From Selaginella moellendorffii (taxonomy: Eukaryota > Plantae > Lycopodiophyta), in the NCBI RefSeq assembly GCF_000143415.4, contig NW_003314268.1, positions 3,108,559 to 3,172,558 of the forward strand: a stretch of DNA of 64,000 bases, given 5' to 3'. This document shows positions 47,860 to 60,291 of this stretch, in pieces. The position numbers and the translations under genes were made by a program. A model generated the notes under the pieces. It did not search any database. It was not told the origin of the DNA and saw nothing but the letters and a program-made list of their open reading frames with translations. Each line of letters starts with the position of its first letter. Within the stretch, counting starts at the first letter, position 1.

Positions 47860-50352
47860 ATGTGAGCTTCGTGGGTACTCTCCCCACCTTCTGTTTTTGG
47901 GTGCCCTAGCCATTTGGCTAAAGCAAAATTCTAATAAGCCACACTAAGTATCCAAGTAAGTAGTGCTAGATAACTTGGTGAGGTGTTCAAGAGCCAACTT
48001 TAACTCCCTTAAAAGATCGAATGGTCGATACTCCTAATCTAAGTGTGAGTTGTTTGTCTATCTGTATTCACTTTAGCCTTAGACTCTTAGTGGTTATATC
48101 ATCACCCCTCACATAGATATAGCCTTCCTTGGTCACACTGGCTTTTCTTGGCCAAATTAGTTTTCGAGTCCAAAGGTGAAAGCCTAAAGTGATCATCAAG
48201 CAGTTTAGTGAGCTCCAAAAGAATGGTAGGGAAGATTCCAATGGCTTGGAGTACTAGTCTCAGTCTTAGTCTCGGTCTTGGTCCTAATCTTGGTCCTCAT
48301 CTCGGACTCCTTCTCATACTCCATCTTGGACTTTTTTTCGGACTCAGTCCCGAAACTTCCATGTGTCACAACACTTGCCATGTGTTAGTGTGAGACACAA
48401 ATCCCTAAGCCCCAAAGTGGAGCCGAAAGAGTGCCACATGGTAGTGGCCGAAGCAAAAACCAAACGAGCATAACACGTTTGGACTAAAAGGCTCCAACTT
48501 AAAAGGTTGAGAGCGGGAGTGGAACTCCCAACGGAGTGCTCAAGGAACGAGCATGAAGTGAGCAATAAGCGAGGCTCCAAAAAGGGACCCAAAAGGACTA
48601 ACACATGACACGTGGGAGTGTCCGAGATGGAGTCCGAGTTGGAGTCTGAGATGGAGTCCGAGATGGACCCGAGTTGGAGTCCGAGATGGAGTCTGAGATG
48701 GACCCGAGATGGAGTCCGAGATGGACCGCAACGAAGTCCAGATGGAGTCCGAGATGGAGTCCGAGTTGGAGTCCAAGATGGAGTCTGAGATGGACCAAGA
48801 CGGAGTTCGAGATGGAGTCCGAGATGGACCTGAGATGGAATCTGAGATGGAGTCCGAGATGGACCCGAGATTGAATCCGAGATGGAGTCCGAGATGGACC
48901 GAGATGGAGTTCGAGATGGAGTCCGAGATGGAGTCCGAGATGGACCTGAGATGGAATCTGAGATGGAGTCCGAGATGGACCCGAGATTGAATCCGAGATG
49001 GAGTCCGAGAAGGACCCGAGATGGAGTCCGAGGTCAAGACCGAGACCGGGACTGAGACTGAGACCAGGACCAAGACCGAGACCAGGACCGGGACCGAGAC
49101 CGAGACTGAGGCCGAGGCCGAGTCCGAGTCCGAGTCCAAGTTCAAGTCTGAGAGGGTGAAAGCCCAAAGCGTTCGTCTCCCAGACCCTGGGGGGTTTGGT
49201 GAGCTCCAAAAGTATAGTAAGGGGGAGGACTGTAGTAGAGCCAGTTTGGCCAGGAAAGGCCAGTTTGGCCCAAGAAGGCTGTACCCAGTGTTGGGTGATG
49301 AGCTGCCCACTGGGAAGTCCAAAACTAGAGTGAACACGGATCGACAAGCGGGGTAGCTTGTGAAGTGTTCAAGAGCCGACTCTAGTTCCCCCAGGAGATC
49401 AACTGGCCGATGCTCCCAGTCCAAGTGTGGGTGGCACTACCTACTTGGATACCAGGCGTGGCTCAACGGAACCTCGCTCTAAGCCCATGGCTAGAGCACC
49501 TAAAGGCGGAAGGTGGGGAGAGTACCCACGGGGCTCGTGTAGGGCCACAGTGTTCCGAAATGTTGTGCCAAAGTCCCAAACAAGGGAAAGGAGGAGGAGT
49601 AGTCCTCTAGTGCAGTGACTAAGGATACGGTCACATGGTGAGGAAGTCCTAGAGGACCATGGGACTTAGTGGTCGGGCCTATGAGCCTTGATCTAGTGGT
49701 AGTGTTGGTGAACACGGCCATGGACAGAAAAGGATCTTGGTGGGGACTGTTAAAGGGGATATTGGGGAAGGCTATTCCCCATGTCTGCGGGCATCTCAAG
49801 GATGCTAAGGAGTGGATCTAGGATGGTCACTCATGGACGGTTGGCCCAGTCTTTGAGAGATGGGACCACAATGCAGATGGTGTTGGACCACTGGTGTGAC
49901 CAAGGTGAAGGGGCATGGCCTTAGCTTAACGGGCCAGTATGTTGGTGGTACCTTGGGGTGTCGAGGACACGTGGAGCACTTGGACCAAGTGCAAAGGTTG
50001 AGTGGTGGGGATGCCATTCTCGGGGTTAGCAAGCCCATGTCCAAAATAGGACTTATGGGGGTTGTAAGTGAGACTCCCCCAAGTAGTCAGAGGTGTGGTT
50101 AAGTGAGTAAAGTAGAATGGAAAAATTAGTCACTTACAATTAGTTCTTTTTGTGTCTAATTTTAAAGACTCATTCACCAATTGCTTCATGCTCATTCCTC
50201 GAGCAATTTGTTTAGAGTTCCACTCCCACTCTTGACTTTCTAAATCGAAGTTTTTGGTTTAAACATGTTATGCTCATTGGACTTCTGTTTCAACCATTAT
50301 CATGTTGTACACTTCTCATTCCACTTTGGGGCATAAGGATTTATGTCTCACA
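47860..50352 (-). mobile_element. Degraded family-A LTR (47860-48388 and 50144-50352), split by a younger solo LTR
   Basis: Sequence on either side of the insertion is contiguous in LTR coordinates and ends TGTCTCACA at about 50352. Confidence 0.75.
48389..50138 (+). mobile_element. Family-A solo LTR
   Basis: TGTGAGAC...CTTACA; TSD GTTAG/ATTAG (1 mismatch). Confidence 0.88.
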
Positions 50353-50457
50353 CATTTATAAAACTTTTAGATGAGGATTCCATATCATCAATGATTACTG
50401 TATTTGATATTCAATGTCCCCAATGTGCAAAACAAGATTTCCCTTTTCTTGACAAGG

Positions 50458-52112
50458 TGTAAGCAACTAATTTTTCCATCCTACTTTAGTCACTTAACCA
50501 CACCTCTGACCACTTGGAGGAGTCTCATTCACAACCTCCTTAAGTCCAATTTAGGACTTGGGACTTGCTAGCCCCAAAAATGGCATCCATACCACTCATC
50601 TTTTGCATTTGGTCCAAGTGCTTCATGTGTCCAGTCCCAAGACTGACACCCCAAGGTACCACTGACATACCAGCCCATTACGCTAAGGCCATGCCCATTC
50701 ACTTTAGTACCACTGGTGGTCCAACACCACCTACATCACAGTCCCGTCTCTCAATGACTGGGGCATCTATCTAGGAGTGACCCTCCAAGATCCACTCCTT
50801 AGCATCCTTAAGATGCCCGTAAATAGAGGGAACTGCCTTCCCCAATATCCCTTTTACAATCCCCACCAAGTCCCTTTTCTGTCCATGGCCGAGTTTGCCT
50901 ACTCTGCCACTAGGACAAGGCCCATAGGCTCGACCACTAAGTCCCACTGTCCTTTAGGACTTTCTCACCACATGACCGTATCCTTGGTCACCACACTAGA
51001 GGACTGCTCCTCTTTCATTCTACAATCTGGGACTTTGGGACAACATTTCGGAACACCGTGGCCTTATGCAAGCCTTGTGAGTACTCTCCCCATTTTCCAC
51101 CTTTGGGTGCTCTAGCTATGGGCTTAGAGCGAGGTTCTGTTGAGCCACGCCAGGTATCCAAGTAGGTAGTGCCACCCACACTTGGACTGGGAGCATCGAC
51201 CATACGATCTCCCGGGGGAACTAGAGCCAACTCTTAAACACTTCACCAAGCTACCCCGCTTGACAATCTGTATTCATTCTAGCCTTGGACTTCCCAGTGG
51301 TTATCCCATCACCCAAAACTTGGGTACAACCTTCCTGGGCCAGACTAGCCTTTCCTAGCCAAACTGGCTCCACTGGAGTCTTCCCCCTACTATACTTTTG
51401 GAGCTCACCAAACTCCCTAGGGTCTGAGAGATGAACACTTTGGGCTTTCACCCTCTTAGACTCGAACTCAGACTCGGACTCGAACTCAGACTTGGACTCG
51501 GACTCAGGTTGGGGCTTGGTCTCGGCCTCGGCCTCGGTCTCGGTCTCAGTCTTGGTCTCGGTCCCGGTCTCGGTCCTGGCCTCGGTCTCGGTCTCGACTT
51601 CGGACTCCATCTCGGGTCCTTATTGGACTCCATCTTGGATTCCATCTCGGGTCCATCTTGAACTCCATCTCAGGTCCATCTCGGACTCTATCTCAGACTC
51701 CATTTCGGGTCCATCTTGGGTCCATCTCAGACTCCATCTCGGGTCCATCTTGGGTCCATCTCAGACTCCATCTCGGGTCCATCTTGGGTCCATCTCAGAC
51801 TCCATCTCAGGTCCATCTTAAGTCCACCTCGTACTCCATCTCGGGTCCATCTTAGGTCCATCTCAGACTTCATCTCAGGTCCATCTCGTGTCATGTGTTG
51901 GTCCTCTTGTGTCCCTTTTTCTAGAGACTCTTTTATTGCTCACTTCATGCTCGTTTCTTGAGCACTCCACTGGGAGTTCCACTCCTGCTCTCAACCTTTT
52001 AAATCAGAGCCTTTTAGTCCAAACGTGTTACACTCATTTAGCTTTCACTTCAGCCACTACCATATGGCACCCTTTTGGCTCCACTTTGGGGCTTAGGGAT
52101 TTGTGTCTCACA
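50458..52112 (-). mobile_element. Family-A solo LTR inserted in a decayed family-B pol
   Basis: TGTAAG...CTCACA with perfect 5-bp TSD CAAGG (50453-50457, 52113-52117). Confidence 0.92.
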
Positions 52113-52117
52113 CAAGG

Positions 52118-53400
52118 TTCTTGAGGCTTAAAAGATTGAGTTGTGAATTCAAAAGTTTCACGATAGGTTTGAGAATTTTGTATTACTTATATCATGATGA
52201 CTTGCTATTTCAACATTTACATTTTTAATATTGCCTTAAAGATGGTCTTCTTTATTTTGTGGAGGTGGATTTTGATGATCATTTATGGCTAATGATGCCT
52301 TCAATCTTTATTCCATGCTTTCTCCACATTTACCATGATTCTCATGTTTTAGATGTGTATATGAGACATCGCCGTATGACTAAAAAGTTGCATAGGTCTT
52401 TCTATTAGCCGGAATTGCAATATAATGTTATCTGGTATGTATGTAGCTACATTTGGTGCCAAGCTCATAATACTCCCCCTCATGCTGCAAAATGATGGTT
52501 GGAGTTAATTGTAGTTTCCCGTTCGTTTAAGTTGGTGGCATTTGATTTAATGGGGTCTTTTCCACGATCGACTGTTAGTAATGAGTATATTATTATTGTT
52601 TTTGACTACTTGACTTGTTAGGTGAAAGTTGATACTTTTGTTAATGCATCTATAACCACTGTTGAATACTTCCTCCTCAATCGAGTGATGTTTCAGCATT
52701 CTTATTCGGAGTGGATTCTTATAATGGTCCCACATTTATACCGGAGCTATTTCATATTTTGACGTTTTAGTTGGGGATATGCCACACTTTCATCGAGTGT
52801 TTGTCATCCATAATTAGATGGTTTGGTAAAATAACTCATTTGAACCTTTAAAAGGATGATTGCGAAGTACGTGAACTTTTAGTATTTAGATTGGGATGGT
52901 TATTTGCCGTCTCTTCATGTACAAATGGGATAACAATAGCATTACAACTTCCATCATCGTCCACTTGCGGAATACAAAGTAGAGGACTTGGTGTTAGTCC
53001 ATTTTCTCAATCTTACAGTATGTGGTTTATCTAAGGGAGTGGAAAGGACCATATTAAGTGTTACAGCAAGTTTGACTACAACTTTATGAGGTTCAACATG
53101 ACATCTAACAGGTTGATCCTTCAAAAATTATGCATGTGTAGTGGCTAAAATGCTTCGTACAAAGGGATCAAGAATAACTAACACCATCTATAGATCTACC
53201 AATGCCTCTTCTTAATGTTCCTTTAAATTTTGGCCCATCCATGAAAGAATCCTAATGGTCTTACATCATTCCAAAAGGAGGGGATGATATGAAGTCCAAG
53301 TGTATAGCTATAATGCTATATACTAATATTAGTATAATGGGATTTTAGTAGTGATTGGATTATTTTCAATTCGAACCACTTGCTTTTATATATAAAGTAC
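52118..53400 (+). mobile_element. Old, decayed family-B integrase, PPT and partial 3' LTR (LTR continues at about 59248-59312)
   Basis: Colinear with 57700-59170 but with many C>T/G>A changes. Confidence 0.8.
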
Positions 53401-56400
53401 TGTGAGGGCCAAGTGTACGGCTATGATGCCATATACTAATATTAGCGTGGGATTTTAGTAGCCGTCAGATTGGTTTCAATTTGAACCACTCGCTCCTATA
53501 TATAAGCTAGGGTTTTTAGGCTAATTAATATGCACATTTTTTGTATTCCCTTTTTATATTCCAAGCACTCACATTGGTGGAGATGAGGGGCACCTTTGGT
53601 TGTCTTTGAGGAATGTTTGGATTTGGGATTTTGGTTTAGATCTAGCTTTTGCATTGTCTAGATCTAACTTTTTCCATTTCCTTTCTTCTGTTCTTTCCTT
53701 TCAGGATTTTGGTTTAGATCTAGCTTTTTGCATTGTCTAAATCTAACATTTCCTTCTAGCTTGTCGTTTCTCTTCTTTTGCTCTTTCTTCGTCTATCTTC
53801 ATGGTAGATCAGCAATCTCCTCCTTTGACTCTGGAGCAGTAGTTGGTACAATTGCTTGATGCTATGCGCTTGCAATTAAACAACCAAACTCAGTTGATGG
53901 TAGTGTTCATGGCACATAGTACAACTCCTCCTACTCTTGGTGCCAATCCTCGCGTTCGGCCGGAGTTCTTTCACGGGAATCCTAGGGATGATGTGTACCA
54001 TTGGTTTGATCACTTCACAATGATTGCTACATATCATTCTTGGGATGATGCTCGACATTTACGTGAGTTTCTCATATGTCTCCAAGGGATGGCGTTACAG
54101 TGGTACAACGGCTTGGGTGCAGCCACTCGCAGAGTATAGGGCTTATGAAGGTTGTAAGTGAGACACTTCTAAGTGGTTGAAGGTATGGTCAAGTAATTAA
54201 AGTAGAATGGAAAATTTAGTCACTCACAATTTCATTATTAAAGTAAAAATACTTAATTATATTGGCCCCTAAAGCTTTAGATATATGGTTGTTCATCACG
54301 CAAGAAGTTTTATGGTTAATATTAATGCCCTTTTATAAGTTCCTCTCCCTTCTTTAATCTATTCTCTTATTCCTAATGAGTTTATTGTTCTAATATCTAT
54401 GGATTTTTTTGAGGAGGATTCTATACCATCAACAATTGTTATTCAGTATTTACAAGGTACAGAGCAAACTTTGCCTTCTCTGATGAGGTTTGTGAAGCTC
54501 AAAAGGTTGAGCCATGGATTTAAAGGCTTTGTGATGGGTTTGAAAATTCTGCATTACTTGCTGATGATTTACCATTTTGGCATTTACATTCTCAATATCA
54601 CATTGAAGATGATTTCTTTTATTTTGTAAAGATGAATCCTAATGATCATTTATGGTTGGGTGGTGCTCTCAATCTTTATTTTATGCTTTCTCTATATCTA
54701 CTATGATTCTCTTATTTTATATGGGTATATAAAACATCATTGTGTGATTGAGAAGTTGCATAAGTCTTTTTATTAGCCAAAGATACGACATGATATTATC
54801 TAGTATATATGTAGTTGTATTTGGTGTAAAGCTTGTAATACTCTCCCTTATATTGTGGAAGGATAGTTCAAGTCAATTGCAATTTTTTGTTTGTTTGAGA
54901 TAACCATTTGGATTAGGATGGTTATTTGTTATTTCTTCTGTATGTATATGTGATAGGGGTACAGAATTCTATTGGTGCTTTACCATATAAAATTTTATAT
55001 GGTTATAATCTGATACTGCCAATAAAGTTGAGTTTACCTTCATAATTGTCGTAAATTGCTAATGCTAGATCTTGGGATCAATATTTGATAAGCATTATTC
55101 CACTTATCTAAGTAGAGCTTCTTGAACACTTGGGCCACATACAAGTGGAACAATAACAATGCTACAACTCCCATCATTGTCCACCCGTTGTAATGCACGT
55201 GGTTTTTACCCTTTATCCTAGGGTGATTTACTATAGGATAACCACGAAGCGAAACCTAAACCCTCCATATGCCACATGTCCAAAGGATAGTGGTGTGGAA
55301 CCCAAGTTTCAAGGCCTTGGGCCATTGAATGAAAGAACAGTGCCAAACTCCCAAGCATAGAGCCAAAGAGCAATGACATTGGAGCATGGAACAACTCTCG
55401 AGCATATAGCCCAAGGAGTGAAGGAACAAGAGCACGGAGCTACTTGGAATAGTCCTAGAGTATCTAGTATCCCAATACCAGGACTAGCACGCAAAACAGA
55501 GCCAAATAAAGTTTAGCGCTATTTCAGCATATCGATGGCTTAACGTGAGGACATGGGTACTCCACCAGCTAGCATGGTGTGGAGCTTGCGCAGAACAAGG
55601 ACAGGCACACAAGCAAGAGTTAGACTCTACCTTAGGTTGGTCAGCCATGCCCGACCTACCCGCTATCTCTACTATACATTTGGAACCCTCTACATGCCCC
55701 TCCCCCCCCCTTTGAAGAACACACGCTTTGGGCTCACCCCAAGCCTCCCTTAGTATCAAGAGTTAGTTTCTGGGACAAACTCGAAATTTACTAAATATGG
55801 AATATCCTTATATTGCAAATTTAGACACGGAACGAACACCATTGTGTTTAGGACAATCTCTACATTCCGTAGATATGCTAAATGAGCAAATCTTGACACT
55901 TTCTATAAATAGCATTTATGACCGTAATGAGACCAACATAAAGGGTATGATAGCGAGAGTGTTTAGCAGACACAGTAAGCTATCATCTAGCGAATATTGA
56001 GGGACCAATCTCAATATTGTGGGGGTTCCTAACACTAGCAAGTGCAAGTCAATGAATGAGTTTTTCTAACGAGGTCAAGTATACTTGACTAATAGCACTT
56101 AGGAATTCCGTCCTTATGCTCATTTGGTCAAGTGCACACGTGAAGACCAATTTCTCAACTAGTTTAGGTAGAGACTAAAAAAGGGACTAGCAATACCGAC
56201 CTCTTGCCATCGTGGCAATAAGGAAAGAATATTTTAAAGGACTAGCCGACAAGTAATTTTCGATACCCGAAGTCACATTCACGACACCTACAAAATATAA
56301 AGTGGATGATTTAATGCTAGTCTATTTTCCCAATCTTACAATATATAGTTTATCTAAGGGGATCATTGTTCAGTAAAAGGGAGTATATTGAGTGTTGCGA

Positions 56401-59243
56401 CAAGTTGGAGATGGTACATGGTTTGTTTAAAGGGCTTTTTGTTCAATATAAGAGACTGTATCATGTATTGCGACAAGTTAAATCACAAGTTTATGAGGTT
56501 TAGCATAACATTCAATAGATTGATCCTTTAAAAATTGTGCATGTGTAGCAACTTAAACACTTAATACAAAGGGATTAAAAATAACTAGCACCATCTATAA
56601 ATCTATCTGTGCCTCTTCTTGATATTCCTCTAGATCCCAGCTTGTCAACTAGAGAATCCTAACTGCCTTCTATCCTTCCAAGAGGAAGGGATGATATGAG
56701 CTCTAAGTGTATAGTTAAGATGCTGTATACTAATATTAACATAATGAATTTTGATAGTCATTAGATTGGTTTCAATCTAGATGATTTACTAGGTGACTGC
56801 TGACTTCATTGATGATGTCTTGATCCACTTGGAGGGGACATGGGAGGAGCACGTTCATGATGTTTGTAAAGTGTTGGATCGGCTACGTGACATTGGTTTA
56901 AAGTTGAAGCAGTCGAAGTGTGTGTTTGGGTCCAAGGATACAACTTATCTTGGGTACCGTATTTCTCATGAGGGTTTGGAAGTTGATCCTGACAAACTTG
57001 TGGCTGTTCTAAAGTTCCCTACTCTAAAGTGTGTGAATGATGTGCAGCACTTCTTACACCGTTGTGAGTATTGCTGAAGTCATCAACATCATCTTTTATT
57101 TGGTCTCTGGATTGTGAGCGGGCATTCGGGGATCTCAAAGAGCTGTTGACGACTCCTCTAGTTTTGGCATATCCTGACTACACTTGACCTTTTATTTTGC
57201 GCGTGGATGCTTCTGACATTAGTCTTGGAAGTGTGTTGATGCAAGAGAGCTCGAGTGTGCCTGGTCAGCGCCATCCCATTGCATATATAAGCCGTACATT
57301 ACAACCAGCGGAAATGAACTACTCTATGACAGAGAAGGAGTGTTTAGTAGCAGTTTGGGGTTTTGAGAAACTTCATGCATATCTACATGGTTCTCAGACG
57401 TTACTTGAAGGTGATCATGCTGCTGTTACTTCATTATTGAAGCGGAAGAACCTGATTAGTTATACTGCTCAATGGGCTTTAAAGCTTCAGATATATGATT
57501 TTGATGTTCATTGCCCAAAGAGTTCTATAGCTGAAGCTAATGCCCTTTCTCGAGCTCCTCTTCCTTCTCCATTCTCTTCTCATGTTTCTGATAAGCCTGT
57601 TGTTCCAGCCTCTGTGGATTTTTTAGACGAGGATTCTATGCCGTCGGCTGTTGCTGTCTTGACGTTCAGTGTCCACAAGGCACTGAGCAAGATCTACCTT
57701 CTCTTGATGAGGTTCGTGAGGCTCAAAAGATTGAGCCGTGGATTCAAAGGCTTCGAGATGGGTTTGAGAATCTTGTCTCACTTGCTGATGACTTGCCTTT
57801 CCGGCATTTACATTCTCAATATCGCCTTGAAGACAGCCTTCTTTATTTTGTGAGGACGGATCCTAATGATCATTTACGGCTGGTGGTGCCTTCTATCTTT
57901 ATTCCGCGGTTTCTCCATGCCTACCATGATTCTCCTGTTCTAGGTGGGCATATGGGACATTGTCGTGTAACCGAGAAGCTACGTAAGTCTTTCTATTGGC
58001 CAAAGATGCGACGTGATATTATTCAGTATATGCGTAGCTGCGTTTGGTGCCAAGCTCGTAATACTCCCCCTCGGGCTGTGGAAGGATGGTTGGAGTTAAT
58101 TGCAGTTTCCCGTCCATTTGAGTTGGTGGCGTTTGATCTTATGGGACCTTTTCCACGGTCCACTGCTGGCAATGAGTATGTTATTATTGCTTTTGACTAC
58201 TTGACTCGTTAGGTGGAAGTTGGTGCTCTTGCTAGCGCCTTTGCAACTGCTGTTGGATACTTCCTCCTCAATCGAGTGGTGTTCTAGCATTCTTATCCAG
58301 AGCGGATTCTTTCGGATAATGGTCCCGCATTTATGGCTGAGGCATTTCATGTTTTGATGTCTCGGTTGGGGATATGCTACACTTTCACGAGTGCTTATCA
58401 TCCACAATCAGATGGTCTGGTGGAACGGCTCGTTCGGACATTCAAAGGGATTGCGAAGTATGTGAACTTTCAGCATTTGGATTGGGATGGTTATTTCTGC
58501 ATATGTCATAGGGATGCAGAGTTTTGTTGGTGATTCACCATATAAACTCCTATATAGTCATGATCCAATATTACCAACGGAGCTGGGTTTACCTTCGTGA
58601 TTGCCACGAGCTACAGATGCTAGGTTATGGGATCAGTATTTAACGAGCATTCTTCCACTTGTCCGAGCGGAGTCTACCAAATACTTAGGCCGCGTACAAG
58701 TAGGACAACAACGGCAGTATAACTCCCATCACCGTCCACTTGCAGAGTACAAAATTGATGATTTGGTGTTAGTCCGTTTTCCCCATTTTACGGTACGTGG
58801 TTTATCTAAGGGGCTCTTTGCACAATGGAAAGGACTGTATCAGGTGTTGCGACAAGTTGGACCACAAGTTTATGAGGTTCGGCATGACGTCCAGCAGGCT
58901 GATCCTCTAGAGATTGTGCATATGCAACGATTAAAACGCTTCATACAAAGGGATCAGGAATAATTAATACCACCTATAGATCCACTAATGCCTCCTCTTG
59001 ATGTTCCTTTAGATCCTGGCCCATCTACAAAAGAACCCTGATGGTCTTCCATTATTCTCAGAGGAGGGGATGATGTGAGGGCCAAGTGTACAGTTATGAT
59101 GCCGTATACTAGCGTAGTGGGATTTTAGTAGTTGTCGGATTGGTTTCAATTTAGACCACTCGCTCCTATATATAAGCTAGGGTTTTTGGGTTAATTGATA
59201 TACACATTTTCTGTATTCCCTTTCTATATTCTAAGCACTCACA
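53401..59243 (+). mobile_element. Ty3/gypsy family B element with both about 170-bp LTRs (53401-53572, 59074-59243), internally rearranged
   Basis: 4-bp TSD GTAC; PBS TGGTGGAGATG (tRNA-Ala); PPT GAGGAGGGGATGA. Gag fragment, then RT (FIDDVLI), RNase H (VDAS..LGSVLMQ, EKECL) and integrase (H..GH..C..C, DLMGPFP, SDNGPAF, ER..RT). No chromodomain seen. Nested debris at about 54135-56780. Confidence 0.9.
55186..56284. mobile_element. Unclassified about 1.1-kb non-coding insertion (possible solo LTR of a third family)
   Basis: Interrupts a decayed family-B integrase at CCACC|TACAAAA with CACC repeated on both sides. Confidence 0.5.
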
Positions 59244-59457
59244 GTACATAATTAATTACTTAATTAATTAATATGCACATTTCTATATTCCATTTCCCTA
59301 TTCCATGAACACATATTATATTAATAATAAATAAAATTTTATTTCAAATAAAAAAGCTTAAAAGGAATATTTTAAACTATATCTCAATATTCTAAATATA
59401 TTCCTTAAAAGTTTGTACTATGCACAAAAGGTGAGCTAGAAAATATAACTTTACCTA

Positions 59458-60291
59458 CTAGACACCTCCTAGTCCCCAGCCAGCATCTAGCAACTTTGTA
59501 AGTTCATCGTCTTCTTCCTCCTTGTCTTCTTCCTCCTTGTCGTGGCCATGATCTTCGACAATCTTGTCCGCCACAAACTCTTGATCCACAACCTTTGCTT
59601 CCACAAACGCGTGGTTTTCTTCTTCTTCTTCTACTTCTTCTTCTGATTCTTCTTTGAGCTTCCCTCCCTGGAGATCATGGTTTCTCACCTCGCTGTGCTC
59701 CACCAGCCACTTGGAGATCCGGTCAAGTGCCAGGGCCTCGCCCAGTCCATGGAAAACAGGTGAGACCAAGCCCGAGCCCGGGAGCTTGTGGACAATGTTC
59801 GTCACGGGATCCTTGTATTCCACCCAGATGTCGGCGGCAGAGCCAACGATCCCTCGTTTCTGAAACTCACCCGCGATTTTCCTGGGGTAGTTGATCACAT
59901 CGATCGCGCTGTGGAGGCATGTCTCGATGGCCTCGCCAACGACATAGATCTGAAAAGAAAAAAAAAAAAGTGGAAGACAATGAATCGAACTTCCATACGA
60001 AAAAGACAAAAGAAATTACTCGATCATCCAGGAATTTGAGAAGATCGAGCCCTTGGGTCCCCGCAGCATGGAAGATCGGCTCTAGGAAATTTTCGGCCAA
60101 GGCGATGGACGGACCCAGAGGCCTGGGAAGCTCGACAGCTTTGGTGGCGGCATATCGCGCCAGGACAAACGCTCTCTTCCCCAAATTCTGGAGCAGTTTT
60201 GGCTGCTGCTCCTTGACGAAAATCTGCCCGAGAAACCCCCATCAATCAATCCAGAATCTAGAGCAGCAAAATTTACCTCCTCGTCTTGCAT
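59458..60291 (-). CDS. REF/SRPP (lipid-droplet-associated, LDAP-like) protein with acidic C-terminal tail; 3 exons
   Basis: Micro-exon MQDEE (60291-60277) splices in frame to IFVKEQQPK...; LLKFLDDR and KIAGEFQKRGIVGSAADIW.EYK.P resemble REF-domain segments. Confidence 0.6.

Noticed and set aside
48620-49140. CRISPR-like regular repeats
   Set aside because: No unique spacers; a simple minisatellite inside a eukaryotic LTR.
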